Part shown: piece by piece, positions 48,568 through 61,100 of the stretch
How the letters are laid out: each line of letters begins with the position of its first letter
Position numbering within the stretch: the first letter of the stretch is position 1
Assembly (NCBI RefSeq): GCF_016432865.1
Contig: NC_067402.1
Location: forward strand, 122,512,001 to 122,576,000
Direction: 5' to 3'
DNA: 64,000 nucleotides
DNA from: Antechinus flavipes
Taxonomy: Eukaryota
Made by a program: the position numbers and the translations under genes
The notes under the pieces: model-generated
Seen by the model: the letters and a program-made list of their open reading frames with translations, nothing else
Database searches by the model: none
Told to the model about the DNA's origin: nothing

Positions 48568-48702
48568 NNNNNNNNNNNNNNNNNNNNNNNNNNNNNNNNN
48601 NNNNNNNNNNNNNNNNNNNNNNNNNNNNNNNNNNNNNNNNNNNNNNNNNNNNNNNNNNNNNNNNNNNNNNNNNNNNNNNNNNNNNNNNNNNNNNNNNNNN
48701 NN
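48568..48702. other. Assembly gap (135 N)
   Basis: Run of n. Confidence 1.
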
Positions 48703-49919
48703 AATATACTTTTTTATCCTGTAATTCTAATTTAAGAATCTTAATTCTGAACAAAATGTGTTTATGGGTAATAGCTTTCTCTCAAATGCTTGTCATGTTT
48801 GAGCCATAATAGATATTATTTATACATGCACAGGGTTCATATATACTAAGGTGGTCAGTAGACAGTAATCAGAAAACTTGCCAAAGTTATAAAACAATTG
48901 AAAGCTTCCTCACACCTTCATTTATAATGAAGAAATAAATTGAATACACTCAGTTTTCCAAACCAGGATAGAAATGCATGCAGGTCTAACTAGAATAGCC
49001 CATTGGGGAAACTGGGTAGTTTATATTAGCGTGTTTAAAGACAACTCTCCTTGTATCTGCACACAGCTTGGAGGCCATCCTAGCAGGCTGTATTATTGAA
49101 AGGTGAAGGAGTCATTTTTAGTAGGGAGGACAGTGTACCCCTGCTGTGTCTGCTGCTGCCATCAGCAGGATGGTGCTCTAGTGATAATGTGAATCTCATC
49201 ACCACTTGTGAGTGTGTATTATGTGAGTGATATAGCTGGAGATCTAGCCATCAGCCCAAGAATTTTGCACCCCTAGAAATTGATTGAGAGTAAGAATTTT
49301 CCTGCTGCAGAATCATTGTTCAAAGTGAACTCTCTAGGAGCTAGGAAAGTGTAGACTTTTCAAATACTCTCCACTATAAACATTTAAATCAGAAACAAAT
49401 GCTAGCATAGGAGAGGGAGGAAAATGGTCTCATTTTTGAGCATAGGGAATGTACCCATAACTTAAGTCAATGCATTTAGTTCCTAGATAAGGTTAGATAC
49501 AATTATAGCTTTTTTCCTATTTTTATCCTATTTTTTCCTATAGGGACAAAAGTCCCTATTTCTCATGGATTTTGAGGACTTATTGTAGTAGTCAGAAATT
49601 TATCTTAATACTTTTACTAGTATCAGAAAATTTTAGTAAAGTACAAATAAATAACGAATAAGACTTTTGCTTTAAAATGGAGTAGGACTTGATTTTTCCA
49701 TAGCAAACAATATATTGGAAAAGATTCCAAATCATTGCAGTGTGCCATATATTTTTCTAGCAGCAGTTTAATGTTCCCATGTAATAATAACAACAATAAT
49801 GATAAATTAGACCAGATAGGTAGAGTTGCCAGGAGATCACGTACGATATTTTAAAATTGAACAATATTTAAATATATAAACTTTAAAACTTTAGATTTTT
49901 TATTTATTTGGATTCAAGT

Positions 49920-50045
49920 AAATTTGAGCATTGTGAGAGCAGGAACTGCATCTTTGTTTATTTGTTGGCCTTTGTTTTATCTTCAGTGCTTAGTGCAATG
50001 CCTAATACATAGAGGAGACACTTCATAAGTGTTTACTTACTTGAC
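49920..50045 (+). mobile_element. L2 3' tail
   Basis: tgtgagagcaggaactgc...atcttcagtgcttagtgcaatgcctaatacatag...ataagtgtttacttacttgac. Confidence 0.75.
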
Positions 50046-50335
50046 AAGGGAACATAATGGTCTTGAGAAACTTGACAAGAAAGAAAACAGAAGTTCAGGG
50101 ATAGTCCTGAGGAAAGGCACTTCTTCAGCCTGAATGATGCACCCAATTTCATATCATTCCTAGTTAGCAGTGTTACAACAAGGACAACTAGGATAAATCA
50201 GCCAACATATATCAATGAGAATGTGAGACAATAAAGTTTTCAAATTCTTTAAAATGTAGAGAGGATCCACAGGTAGGAAGAGAAGGTAGAGGCAGTTTGA
50301 TATAAAAGAAACTATACCCTCCTCCTCCCCCCACA

Positions 50336-50340
<5 letters not shown>

Positions 50341-50368
<28 letters not shown>
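50341..50368. repeat. (TG)14 microsatellite
   Basis: Direct read. Confidence 0.95.
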
Positions 50369-50371
<3 letters not shown>

Positions 50372-50519
50372 CTGGATCTGGATTAAAAAAATAATGTTTT
50401 TAATTTTAATTTTTACTTTTTATTTATATAGATTTTCTCTCCATCACTTTCATTTTTGAATATATCTTTTCCTCCCTTATCCAGTAAACTTTTTCTTGTA
50501 ATAAAAATATTCTTTAGCA

Positions 50520-50652
50520 GGGCCCTAGGTGGCACAATGGATAGAACACCATTCCTAGAGTCAGGAGGACCTGAATTCAAATCTAGCCTCAGACACTTAA
50601 TAGTTGTATGATCCTGGGCAAGTCACTTAACCCCACAATTGCCTCAAGAAAA
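50520..50652 (+). mobile_element. WSINE1
   Basis: gggccctaggtggcacaatggatagaacacc...gtcaggaggacctgaattcaaatctagcctcagacacttaa...gggcaagtcacttaacccc...attgcctc. Confidence 0.9.
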
Positions 50653-51829
50653 GGTTAAAAAATGGATAGGGGAGAAGAAGATTTTGGCAAAACTATTCAA
50701 CACATCTTGTGATTTTGATATACTTGTAATGTTCCATATCTATAATCTCTCATTCTTGTTAAAAAGAAAGGAAGCTAACTTTCAAAACAGGACCAATTTT
50801 TTTCCACATTTGTGTACCTCAGGACCTTGTACATATTACCCACCTAATAAATGTTTGTTCATAGAATTGAATTAGGCTAAATTTTCTGTAAATATGTTTG
50901 TCAGTGAAAATATAGGAGGCTATTATGTGTACCAAGTAGTTACTTAAATGGTGTCCCAGGAAATTGCATGATTCTGAATCCTCCTGGGAACACAACCTAC
51001 TATGATTAGGAAAAAAGTCCAAGCTGAATGAAGGAGACTTGTTGTATGACGTCACCAGAGGCAGAAATAGACATCTCCTACTTTATTTTGGCCCCGTATC
51101 AAAGTGTTCAGTGCTTGTTGTCAATGCGTCAGAATCATGACTCCAAGTTGCTGCAAACAACAGCAGGCTATCAAGACATAATGTTAATTAAATATCAACT
51201 GAGTTGGCACAGGATGTAAACAGTCAGCCCATGCCATTGAAGTGATCTGTGTGCTTTACAGAGATGCAGAAGCCCGCTGCCAGTGAGACGAGGGCAGAAT
51301 CTACTTTAAAATAAAACAGCCACAATACCAGATTCCCCGACTGCACACCTGGTAATCACCTGCAGCTCACTCTAGTCCCACTTTGGAGGCAATTGGAGAA
51401 CACCATTAATATGTAAGGAACATGAAATTCAGTCACAGGATATAGATAGGCTCGTGTTTACACATGTTAATGAAATAACTGACACAGGTGTGAAGTTAAC
51501 AGACATGTAATGCTGTCAGTGCAAGAAGGAGCTGATGGGAGAGTGGCTGGCTGCTTCACCAATGCGGTTTGCACTTAGCACCTTCCAAAGTCATTAAGAA
51601 GAGAAAACTGAGAGGGAATAGTTAAATGCTTGGGGAAATTACCAAAACTGTTCTGTCTAGTTTTCTGCTGTTGCTCCCCTGCTTTTTGCTCTCTTGTTCT
51701 CTACTTTTAACAGAAAATTCCTTGTGATTTAGAACGAGAATACGCAGTGGGAGGAGAGGTCGGGCTGTGGACTTTCATCAGAGCGCACATTAGCCATTCA
51801 TCTGTAATTCGTCATTTTAAAGCTTTGTC

Positions 51830-51955
51830 CGCTGCATGGAGGAGTAAAGTGGTTTGCCAAGGGTCACATAGGCTAATGTGGCTAGGAGGGGGGAGCTGGA
51901 GCCAGTTTCCTAATCTCAAAGCAAACTCTCTTTGCACTCTGCAGTACTTCTGGTA
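51830..51955 (-). mobile_element. MIR core fragment
   Basis: gagtaaagtggtttgccaagggtcacataggcta...ggagccagtttcctaatctcaaagc. Confidence 0.55.
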
Positions 51956-52399
51956 GCATTCCTCCTATATATGTTAGAGAATGGCATGAGGTTTTCCTAT
52001 AAGGAAGGGAGGAGAAGTACTGTTTTCAATTTTCAGATTTCATTTTAAAGTGATCTTTGCCTTGGAAAGATTTAGTTATTATTTATTTCTAAGAATTACA
52101 ACTCACACAGCTACGTAGAAACTTAGTTTTCACTGAATGAGTTTGAGATTAAATTTTGTGAGTTATCTTTTTAATTTTTTAAAGATTTCACAGAAACCTT
52201 TGATTCATAGTCTTTATCATTTACATATATGTATATTTATATATACATATGCATGTATACATATACATATGTGTGCATGTGTGTGTGTGTGAGGAGATAT
52301 AGAAATATCACTGTGCAGAATACTCATGTAGACATGGTCTGAGCTAGTCATCTTTCATGGACAAAACTAAAATGCCTCCAATTGCTTTTTGATATTTCA

Positions 52400-52625
52400 A
52401 TGAATAAAGCATCATGTCTGAAGTCAGAAAACCTGTGTTCAAATCCTACTTCAGACACTTACTAGCTGTGTCTCTCTGGTCAAGTTTCTTAGATTTTGTT
52501 AAGCCTTCATTTCTTCAGTTTTAAAATGAGAAGAATAAGAATAATTCCTTCTCTGGGTTTTGTTGTAAGGATCAAATGGGATAATATTTGCAATGTATTT
52601 AGCATGTGCCTGGCATTGTAAAAAT
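52400..52625 (+). mobile_element. MIR SINE
   Basis: gaagtcagaaaacctgtgttcaaatcc...cttactagctgtgt...gttgtaaggatcaaatgggataatatttgcaa...gtgcctggca. Confidence 0.85.
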
Positions 52626-53001
52626 CCTTGTTTCCTTCCACCTTCCAGTTAATAAAGTGAAGGCTAAATTTTTGTGTGAGAAAAAAAATTGGGGTGAAAA
52701 AGAAGGGATGTGTAAAATGGAACCATGTAATGTTTTGATAAAACTGAACACACTCTTCCAAATACTATTAGTTAAGAATCAAAATGAAGAAATGTAATAC
52801 AATTCTTTGTTACCTAGAAACACTAATTGGAAATTTATTTAAATTCAACAGTTGTCTGATCTGCATCAAGCAATGCATTAGGTGTTGTATGCCCCTGCCA
52901 TCAAGGATCTTAGAACCACAAGAAGGAACAAGAGTACAATTCAATGTAATACACAAAGCAAAATATAAAACTCGTTAAGAAAAATAGGGGGAAATGACAT
53001 G

Positions 53002-53181
53002 CAAAAATTCTTAATCTTTGACAAAATTTTTGTGAATTTAAAAAATAATTTATATCAATTTTAATATAATTATTGTAATCCCACATATTTCATCTTGTGC
53101 ATTTAAAAACACTGAGAAGGAATAAATAAATTTTACCAGACTGAAAAAGGAGACTATGACACAAAGATTAAAAACTTCCAG
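53002..53181. mobile_element. hAT-Charlie MITE, degenerate
   Basis: caaaaattcttaatc...ttgtaatccc...gcatttaaaaacactgagaagg...accagactg...tatgacacaaagattaaaaacttccag. Confidence 0.6.
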
Positions 53182-53300
53182 TAGAGAGGCTCAGAGGAAG
53201 AATAGCTCATATTCCATTTGGGAGCAATAGATAGTTCCTGGATGTTTTCATGAAAAAGGTAGGTATTTCAAAAGAACCTAAAAGGATGAATAGGTTTTAA

Positions 53301-53850
53301 GTTGTTGTTTGTCTGTAGTTCTTACCGAGGATCATGACTTCGGGGAGGGGATGCCATGAAATGCAAGTGAATTACATTTAAGAGAGGAAGGGCTGTACAA
53401 GGTTACCAGCCTTCCTTTCCCCTCCAGAGCCATGAGAGTGGCCAGATACAGCTCAGGATGACTGGAGATGGCTCTGGGTGCAGTGGGAGACCTTGGCCTT
53501 TTTAGGCTACAGACTTTTGCTTGAAGTTGCACTCATTCAGTGATTAAGATTAGATAGCAAAGAATCTCATCTTTCACCTAGTCCAAAAAAATCTAAATAA
53601 ATAAATGAATGAATGAATGAATGAATCTGAGAGGGGAACATCCTCATGGTTTCTGGCCAAAGCAGAAATGATGCTATTTGCATTCAATCTGAGTCTGTCA
53701 GGCCCAAACAATGATGAAATGGGGCTTGGCCTAGGACTTATTTGGTGGCCAATTAGAATTAGATTGATTTTGCTTTAAGGTTTGGTTCTTAAGAAAGAAA
53801 TCTAGCCATTAAACCCCAAGATATCTTGGAAGGGTTCAGAGGTGCAAAAG
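53301..53850 (-). mobile_element. RTE-derived SINE (WALLSI-type)
   Basis: gttgttgtttgtc...gatgccatgaaatgcaagtgaa...gactggagatggctctgggtgcagtgggagaccttggcctttttaggcta...ttcacctagtccaaaaaa...aagaaagaaatctagcc. Confidence 0.85.
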
Positions 53851-54354
53851 AGGAAAAAAATACTTTTAAAAGCATCTGTAAGTAAGGAAATGATGCCACA
53901 TGTGGACAGAGGGAAGAAAGAAAGGAGGGAGTCTTCAAACTGACCAATTTCATGCCAGCTTACTCACAGAATTTGTTGTTTGTCTTTCATTCTCAAAGAG
54001 GACCATAAGCAGAGATGTTAGGAGAGGGAATTTTTCACTTAATTAAAAGTCACATTAAAGTAGATTGTTTGCCACTAATACTGGGAATAACATAAAATTT
54101 GCTTTAGCACATAGAATTCTTATAAGAGATTATTAGAAAATAAGTCTATAAAAGTAGATTTAACCTATATTATTGAAAATCTTGAATGCCAAAATGAAGA
54201 ATATAATTTGGTGGGTAATGAGCAGTCAAAAATTTTTGAGAAGTGGAACAACATTGTCAAAGTTCTCTTTTAGAAATAATTATAATCATTCAGATTTATA
54301 TAATATTTTACAGTTTACTTAGTGTTCCCCTCAAAACTCTGTAAGTGTGTCAGT

Positions 54355-54556
54355 TATTGAGTCATTTTTAAGTTCTGTCTGACTCTTTGTGTTCTCATTT
54401 TGGGAATTTTCTTCACAAAGATACTGGGTCATTTTATGGATAAGGAAACTGAGGAAAACAGCATCACAAAAGTAGTAAGTGTGATTTGAACTTATGAAGA
54501 TGAAATCTTCCTTATTTGAAACCTAGTGATCTACCCACTGTGCTGTCTAGCTGCCA
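54355..54556 (-). mobile_element. Mar1 SINE
   Basis: tctgactctttgtg...gggaattttcttcacaaagatactgg...gataaggaaactgagg...cccactgtgctgtctagctgcc. Confidence 0.8.
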
Positions 54557-57500
54557 AAAGATGGCAATGCAAATATTATTATTTTTGTTTTACAATGTTT
54601 AAACAAGCTCTGGGAAATGATGAGATTTCCCACAGCCACATAAGTTAAAAAAAAAAATAGTACCTGGGACCCAAATACTTTATTATTTGGTAGGAAAAGA
54701 GATAATAAATATGCCCAAATAAGTGCAGTTTAGGGAAGAATAAATACAAAGATTGGGGTAATTGTGTAATTATATAGAGGAACTATTTTGTACTTTTATC
54801 TCTTTGTATTACTGTGAGAGCATTTCAGGGTTGTTTCTAAGGTAGCCTAAAGGGTGAAGGAGAGGTAAGTGGTGTGTATGAGCAGGCTTTAGCCTAGTGA
54901 TAATGAAGAACTTTACAAAAGAAGCGGTGCAAAAGATCTCTAGTGAGTATAACAAAAATGAGGCAAGAGTAAGGGATTTAAGTTTGCATGCTCCATTACT
55001 ATGAGAAGAAATCTAGGCAAAATCCCAAGCAAGTTAGATGGAGCCCCTGGAAGACTTATGCATGAGCCTAATTGAGATTTACATACAAGACATGATGAAT
55101 TACATTTTAAATATCAGAAAACATACATTTTGATAAGGTCACAGATACTCTGCTATATCGAAAGCTCCTCAATGCACTGCAGTAATAAGCAGTGTCTAAT
55201 AATGAATAGCATATGTATATAATTTACCGTTAGAAGATTAAAAAACTGATTTACTTCTTCATGATTATTTTGCAGGTATAATAAAAAATGAACAGGAGCA
55301 TAAAATAAAGTCATACAGCTTCTCTTTTTACAATAATTTTTAATATGAGCCTTTTCTCAGGCCTTAGAGACAAATTCCTTCCTCTTTGCCACTGTTCCAT
55401 TCCCTCAGATGAAAATGATAATATCTTTTCTTGTGTTGTTTCCTAAAGTTTTCTCTTTAGAATTTCTGATTTTCCATGGAAAGTTACTGCAGTATGACTG
55501 GTAGTTAGTAAATAAGTATTTAAGATAAGCATTTATTAAACTCTTGCTCTGTGACAGTCAGTGAATATACCATATAGTTACAAAACACATTTAATCTATG
55601 GTATTAAAGAAATGATAGATATAAATACATCTTTAGTTTTATTAGCTCTCTGAGATTCTTTTTTTTTAAAAGCAACCTGTTATCAGAAAAACATTTTAAA
55701 TTAATGTTAAAGTTGACTTATATAGAAACATTTCAATCTTTAAAGAAATTCTCTATTTGACTCTCTGAAAAAATGCAAAGCATCTTTGTTATTGATTAGT
55801 TGAGTATCAAATTTTCTCTAACTGCACACTTCTTAAATCGTATGAACAGTATTTGGCAAGCAATTGATAAGATCATTCCCCTTTTTTATCCATCCTGTCC
55901 TTGAGGGACAACTGTGTTTTTCTGGATTACAAGAAGCTCTGATTTTCTAATATCTCTAGCTGTACTTTGACTTTTGCCAAGACTATTTTCAGCTGAGGAT
56001 TTGCTTTAAGCCTTAATCTTTACAGAAATGAGCCAGTGGGAGTGGCTAAGCTGCCAGCCGTTAACACAATTCCTGGAGCAGGGATGTAGCATAGAGGCTT
56101 GAAAATTGTGGTCTCTCTTATAGTTAGCACATAAAAGTGTAGATATAGGGGACAGGTGTTGAACAGGCTGACAGTTGAAAGCAAAATAGGTTTCCCCTGC
56201 CAGATGCAGAAACCTTATGAGACCACAGCAACCTAAGGGGTCCTGCTAAGATCAATAAAAAGCAAAGAGGGAGCTGATTATACTCCATCCATAGATCTGA
56301 GGTCAATGTACACTCTTTCACTGTGAATGCAATTTTTACAGAGGGAGTCAAGGTGGGTCGGATTAGGCATATTAAATGCTCAGTTTATCCATGTCTTTTT
56401 CTTGCAGGGATATTTATTTGCCAAAAAATAATAAATTGGTTAAGCTTTGTTGAGTATTATATCAGTAAGCTACACAGTGAAAACAAATACAGGGCTAAAG
56501 AATTCAGAGCAGGTGGTACCACCTGTTTCAGTCTAATCCCAGCCCCCACAATCTGCCACCTAGATGCATGGCAGAATAGAAAATCTGACAGTGACTCTTA
56601 GAACAGAGAGAACCAATTGTGATCTGGCTTTGATACTGAGTCTTCCTTGTAGGAGGATTATTATAATAATTAGTGTTAGTGGATATTGACAACTCTGAGT
56701 CAACCATAGAAAATCTACCCTCAAAACGCTCTACTTGTTTGGTTGGAAAGCTAATAGTTTCAGGTTCAAAACTGCAACCTAGATGGATGTACATAAAGTC
56801 ATGGTGCTGATGCATTTGTTGTAGAAATTTGAATAAGAATAGAACCCAAAAGGTGATGTGAGAAAGAGCTCCCCCAGAAGATTGGAGGAGGCACAATGAA
56901 AGTAGAGGTGTTTTGATCTAGTTTCTATGGAAATAGAAGTTGGGATGTTCTTGAGTTGCCATCTTTGGGATAAATGAACATGTTGAAAACCAACATGCAC
57001 CATTTTATGTTATCAAGTGGGTCAAATATCCTAATTGCTAGCGACAACTCTGATGGTAGTTAGTATATTATTACTCTCCCATCTGCACTCTCCATTACTT
57101 CTTTAGATCCAATTAACTTTGTCAGATTATGTTGGCTGAGACTGAGCCATCAAAATGAACAAAAACTAAAAAAAAAAAAATCAAGGTTCAAGAATTAGCT
57201 GATCATTATCAGTTTTAATTTATTTTTATTGGATTAAGAAGGTGTTAGGGTTTTAGAAACAGGATAAATTGATCAAAGTTCACTCTTTTCACAGCTTTTC
57301 AATCATACTCAATGTTTCAAAAATCATTTTACTTTTAAAAAGTAAACTTTATCCTTTAGTAAATAAACTCAGATTTCAAGCTTAAATATTCAGATAGAGG
57401 TTAAGAATAAAACACAAAACAGAAACATCAATGCATGGGACAGAATTCTTTGTCAAATAGGAGACAAGTTTAACAGCTTTCTACCTGGAGGGCCAATTTT

Positions 57501-57679
57501 AAAAGGTTTTTAGAACACAAGTATATGTTAAGTATATATGAAATAACATCATACCATTGATAAATAGGCTGTGTCAAAGATTAACAAGAATCTTTTGAGG
57601 TAAGAAATTTATTTTATTTATTTAGACAACCAAGATCTTTCATTATGATGACAAATTCTTCTTTTAGTGAGATATAATA

Positions 57680-57870
57680 GCATACAAGGAAGGGACTTGA
57701 CTTGGGAGTCAGTCTTGGGTTTAGGTCCTATCTCTGAACTGTATTAGCCTTTTGACTTTGGGCAATCTACTTTAATTCTCAATGCCACAGACAACCTTAA
57801 GACTATCATCTGCTGAGTTGCCAATCTGTATTTACAGAGAGATTTCCTACCTTGTAACCATAGCTCTGAA
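57680..57870 (+). mobile_element. CORE-SINE (MdoRep1-like)
   Basis: gacttgacttgggagtcag...tgactttgggcaatc...gacaaccttaagactatc...gccaatctgtatttacagagagatttcctacc. Confidence 0.6.
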
Positions 57871-57999
57871 CATATAAGCTTTGGTTGTCCCAAAAGTCTT
57901 AGCACAGATAGCTAATAATTTATGTCACTTTAAGGTTTGAAAAGTACTTTACATAAAGTTATTTCTAACAGCATAAACAGATACCACTAACTAAAAAAG

Positions 58000-58480
58000 T
58001 ATGGATCTCAAAGCTTCTTCTCCCTTCTACCCCCTTAAAGAACTCCAGATACTTATTAATTTCTCTAGGATAAAATAGTTTTGTTTTGTTTTGTTTTGTT
58101 TTTTGTCATTCTGAGCTTTTTGTAACCTGGTCTCTCTCCACCTTTTTGTATCCTCACACTTTCTTTTGCTCTAAGAACTCTGTTGTTCCAACACCACTGA
58201 GCTTCTTGAATCTTCCTTTTTCTTCACAGTAGCTATCCCCATCTCTCAATGTTTTATCTTTTTACCTCCACATTTTGGCTTTTCTAACTTTGTTCAATTC
58301 CTACTTATTCCAGAAGACCTTTCTAGGTCCTTCTGATTTCTACTGTCTTTCCTGCTCAGACTGTCTTGTATCTAATCTGTGTATATTTTCTTTGTATATA
58401 GTTGCTTATATACTATCCTTTCCATTAAAATGTAAGCTTTTGGGGGTAACAACTATGTTTTTTGCCTTTAATCATATTTG
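58000..58480 (+). mobile_element. L2 fragment containing (TTTTG)n at ~58078-58103
   Basis: ctaggataaaata...tgtaacctggtctct...ttgtatatagttgcttata...tttccattaaaatgtaagctt. Confidence 0.75.
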
Positions 58481-58569
58481 GTAAATAATAAATATTATAA
58501 CAACAATAAAGCATTGGCATTAAATCTATATGGGAAGTAAAAACAGTAAGTAATTTTCCCATATTACTT

Positions 58570-58740
58570 TACAATTTACCATTTCTTATAAAAACCCTGT
58601 TATCTAGGTAATAAATTATTATATCTCTTTTATAGGGAGTGAAACTAGAAAGGTTAAATAACTTGCCCAATATCATATGGCTAATCATGATCAAAGTAGA
58701 ATTTAGGTTGAAGTCTTTTGACTCTCTAGTTCAATTGTAC
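58570..58740 (-). mobile_element. MIR SINE
   Basis: tttataggagtgaaactagaaaggttaaataacttgcccaatatcatatggcta...gaagtcttttgactc. Confidence 0.6.
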
Positions 58741-59292
58741 ATACCTGCGTGAATATCCATGGGTTCTCTGATTTCCAACAGGACTAAGGCAGACAAGATA
58801 TCAGAAATAAGCACACTCTTTCAAAATATCCCTTAGAAGATATGTAATTTCTGGAAAAGGTCTAATGATGGGGGGAAGAACTTGATATTTGGAATACAAT
58901 AAGATACTTTATTTTTTAAAAAAGTGTCAGTTATTTCTGTCCTTCATTCTTTCTCTAGAACTCTAGTGATTGCCTCCTTTCTTAAAGCTGCTGCCTCCCA
59001 TACACAGAATTCTTATAATTATTTAAGGAGTATGGCCTTGATTAAATAGAAAGGTATACATAGAGACAAACATGACAACTTATTGGCCCTTGAATGAAGA
59101 AACCTTCATTCATTGAATGAAGAAAGCCTAGTCCATAGGCATTGCTGATTGTTTGATTCCTTAAGTTTACTAAATCCTGCCATTTTTGCTCATACTCTTT
59201 TCCTCATACCCCAACCTAAGAGGCTTCCTTGACAAAGATCTCAGCAGCCCTGAGACTCAGACCACACTTACTTTATCAAATGATAACTGCTA

Positions 59293-60371
59293 ACTGACTC
59301 AAATTTATAAAAAATCAAGCCATTCTCCAATTGATAAATGGTCAAAGGATATGAACAGACAATTTTCAGATGAAGAAATTGAAACTATTACCACTCACAT
59401 GAAAGAGTGTTCCAAATCACTATTGATCAGAGAAATGCAAATTAAGACAACTCTGAGATATCACTACACTCCTGTCAGATTGGCTAAGATGACAGGAAAA
59501 AACAATGATGAATGTTGGAGGGGATGCGGGAAAACGGGGACATTGATGCATTGTTGGTGGAGTTGTGAACGAATCCAGCCATTCTGGAGAGCGATCTGGA
59601 ATTATGCCCAAAAAGTTATCAAACTGTGCATACCCTTTGATCCAACAGTGTTTCTATTGGGCTTATACCCCAAAGAGATACTAAAAAAGGGAAGGGGACC
59701 TGTATGTGCCAAAATGTTTGTAGCAGCCCTGTTTGTAGTGGCTAGAAACTGGAAAATGAATGGATGCCCATCAATTGGAGAATGGCTGGGTAAATTGTGG
59801 TATATGAATGTTATGGAATATTATTGCTCTGTAAGGAATGACCAGCAGGATGAATACAGAGAGGCTTGGAGAGACCTACATGGACTGATGCTAAGTGAGA
59901 TGAGCAGAACCAGGAGATCATTATACACTTCGACAACGATATTGTATGAGGATGTATTCTGATGGAAGTGGATTTCTCTGACAAAGAGACTTAACTGAGT
60001 TTCATTGGAGAAATGATGGACAGAAACAGCTACACCCAAAGAAGGAATACTGGGAAATGAATGTGAACTATTTGCATTTTTGATTTTCTTCCCGAGTTAT
60101 TTTTACCTTCTGAATCCAATTCTCCCTGTGCAACAAGAGAACTGTTTGGTTCTGCAAATATGTATTGTATCTAGGATATACTGCAACATGTTTAGCATAT
60201 ATAGGACTGCTTGCCATCCTGGGGGCGGGAGGAGGGAGGGAGGGGGAAAAAACGAAACATAAGTGATTGCAAGGGATAATGTCATGTAGAAATTATCCTG
60301 GCATGGATTCTGTCAATGCGAAGTTATTATTAAATAAAAATAAAATTTATTATAAAAAAAAAAAAAAAAAA
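59293..60371 (+). mobile_element. Young 5'-truncated L1 (L1-1_SH-like), about 1.08 kb, with poly(A) and an 18-bp perfect TSD
   Basis: TSD atcaaatgataactgcta at 59275-59292 and 60372-60389; A-run from 60354; complete 3'UTR with G-rich tract and aataaa. Confidence 0.97.
59294..59962 (+). pseudogene. Uninterrupted C-terminal 222 codons (plus stop) of L1 ORF2p; not a host gene
   Basis: LTQIYKKSSHSPIDKWSKDMNRQFSDEEI...CWRGCGKTGTLMHCWWSC...TSTTILYEDVF*; includes the cysteine-rich zinc-knuckle region. Confidence 0.93.
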
Positions 60372-60505
60372 ATCAAATGATAACTGCTACCAAAATAACC
60401 ATTGCCTTAATGCCCAGAGCCAACCTTACCTCTCTGATATCAGCTATGGTGTCTATTATTAAACATAAACCTCTTATGTCTTAGGTGTCTTCTGTCTAAT
60501 AGCAA

Positions 60506-60574
60506 CTATTAATTGATTCATAACGAGATACATATATTGCTCTGAAAGACTAGAAACAATTAGTTGAGGAGAGA
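60506..60574 (+). repeat. Copy 1 of a ~69-bp direct duplication
   Basis: 60526-60574 is identical to 62863-62911 (49 bp). Confidence 0.95.
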
Positions 60575-61100
60575 CACCTGTTTTTGTAGTGACAAAAACA
60601 TGAGACTAAAGAGGTGCCCATAAATTAGAATTTAACTGAAGAACTAGTGGTATATAATTATAATGAAATATTATTGGACCAAAAGAAATTATAAAAGACA
60701 GTTTCAAACCATCCTAGGAAGACTTATATTAGCTGATGCAAGGTTAAGTGAGCAGATCTTTTAACAACAAAATTCTAAAAAAAATGACTTTGAAAAAATT
60801 TAGAACTCTAGTCTACTGGTAAGTCACAGTTCCTAAGACTTAGTGATGAAACATACTACCTGCTTCCTAAGGGGAAGTGACCAACCCAAGGTACACAATG
60901 AGAGACACATTTCTATATTTAAGTCATTGAAAAAAATTTGGTTTTGCTTAATCATGTATATTTTGTACAAGGGCTCAAACTTTCTTTAGATTGGAAAGGA
61001 ATGAAAAGAGAATTGGAAAGGAGAAGAAAATTTAACATGACATGACAATTTTTTAAAAGAAAAGCAAAAAGGGATGGTTATTAAATAATTTTTAAATGCA
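60575..61100 (+). mobile_element. Ancient L1 ORF2 end / 3'UTR
   Basis: ctgtttttgtagtgacaaaaac...gtggtatataattataatgaaatattatt...ggaagacttatattagctgatgcaaggttaagtgagcaga. Confidence 0.75.

Noticed and set aside
55110-55170. Faint resemblance to a CR1/L3 RT motif (AFDKV-like ttttgataaggtc)
   Set aside because: Too short and degenerate to call without a profile search.
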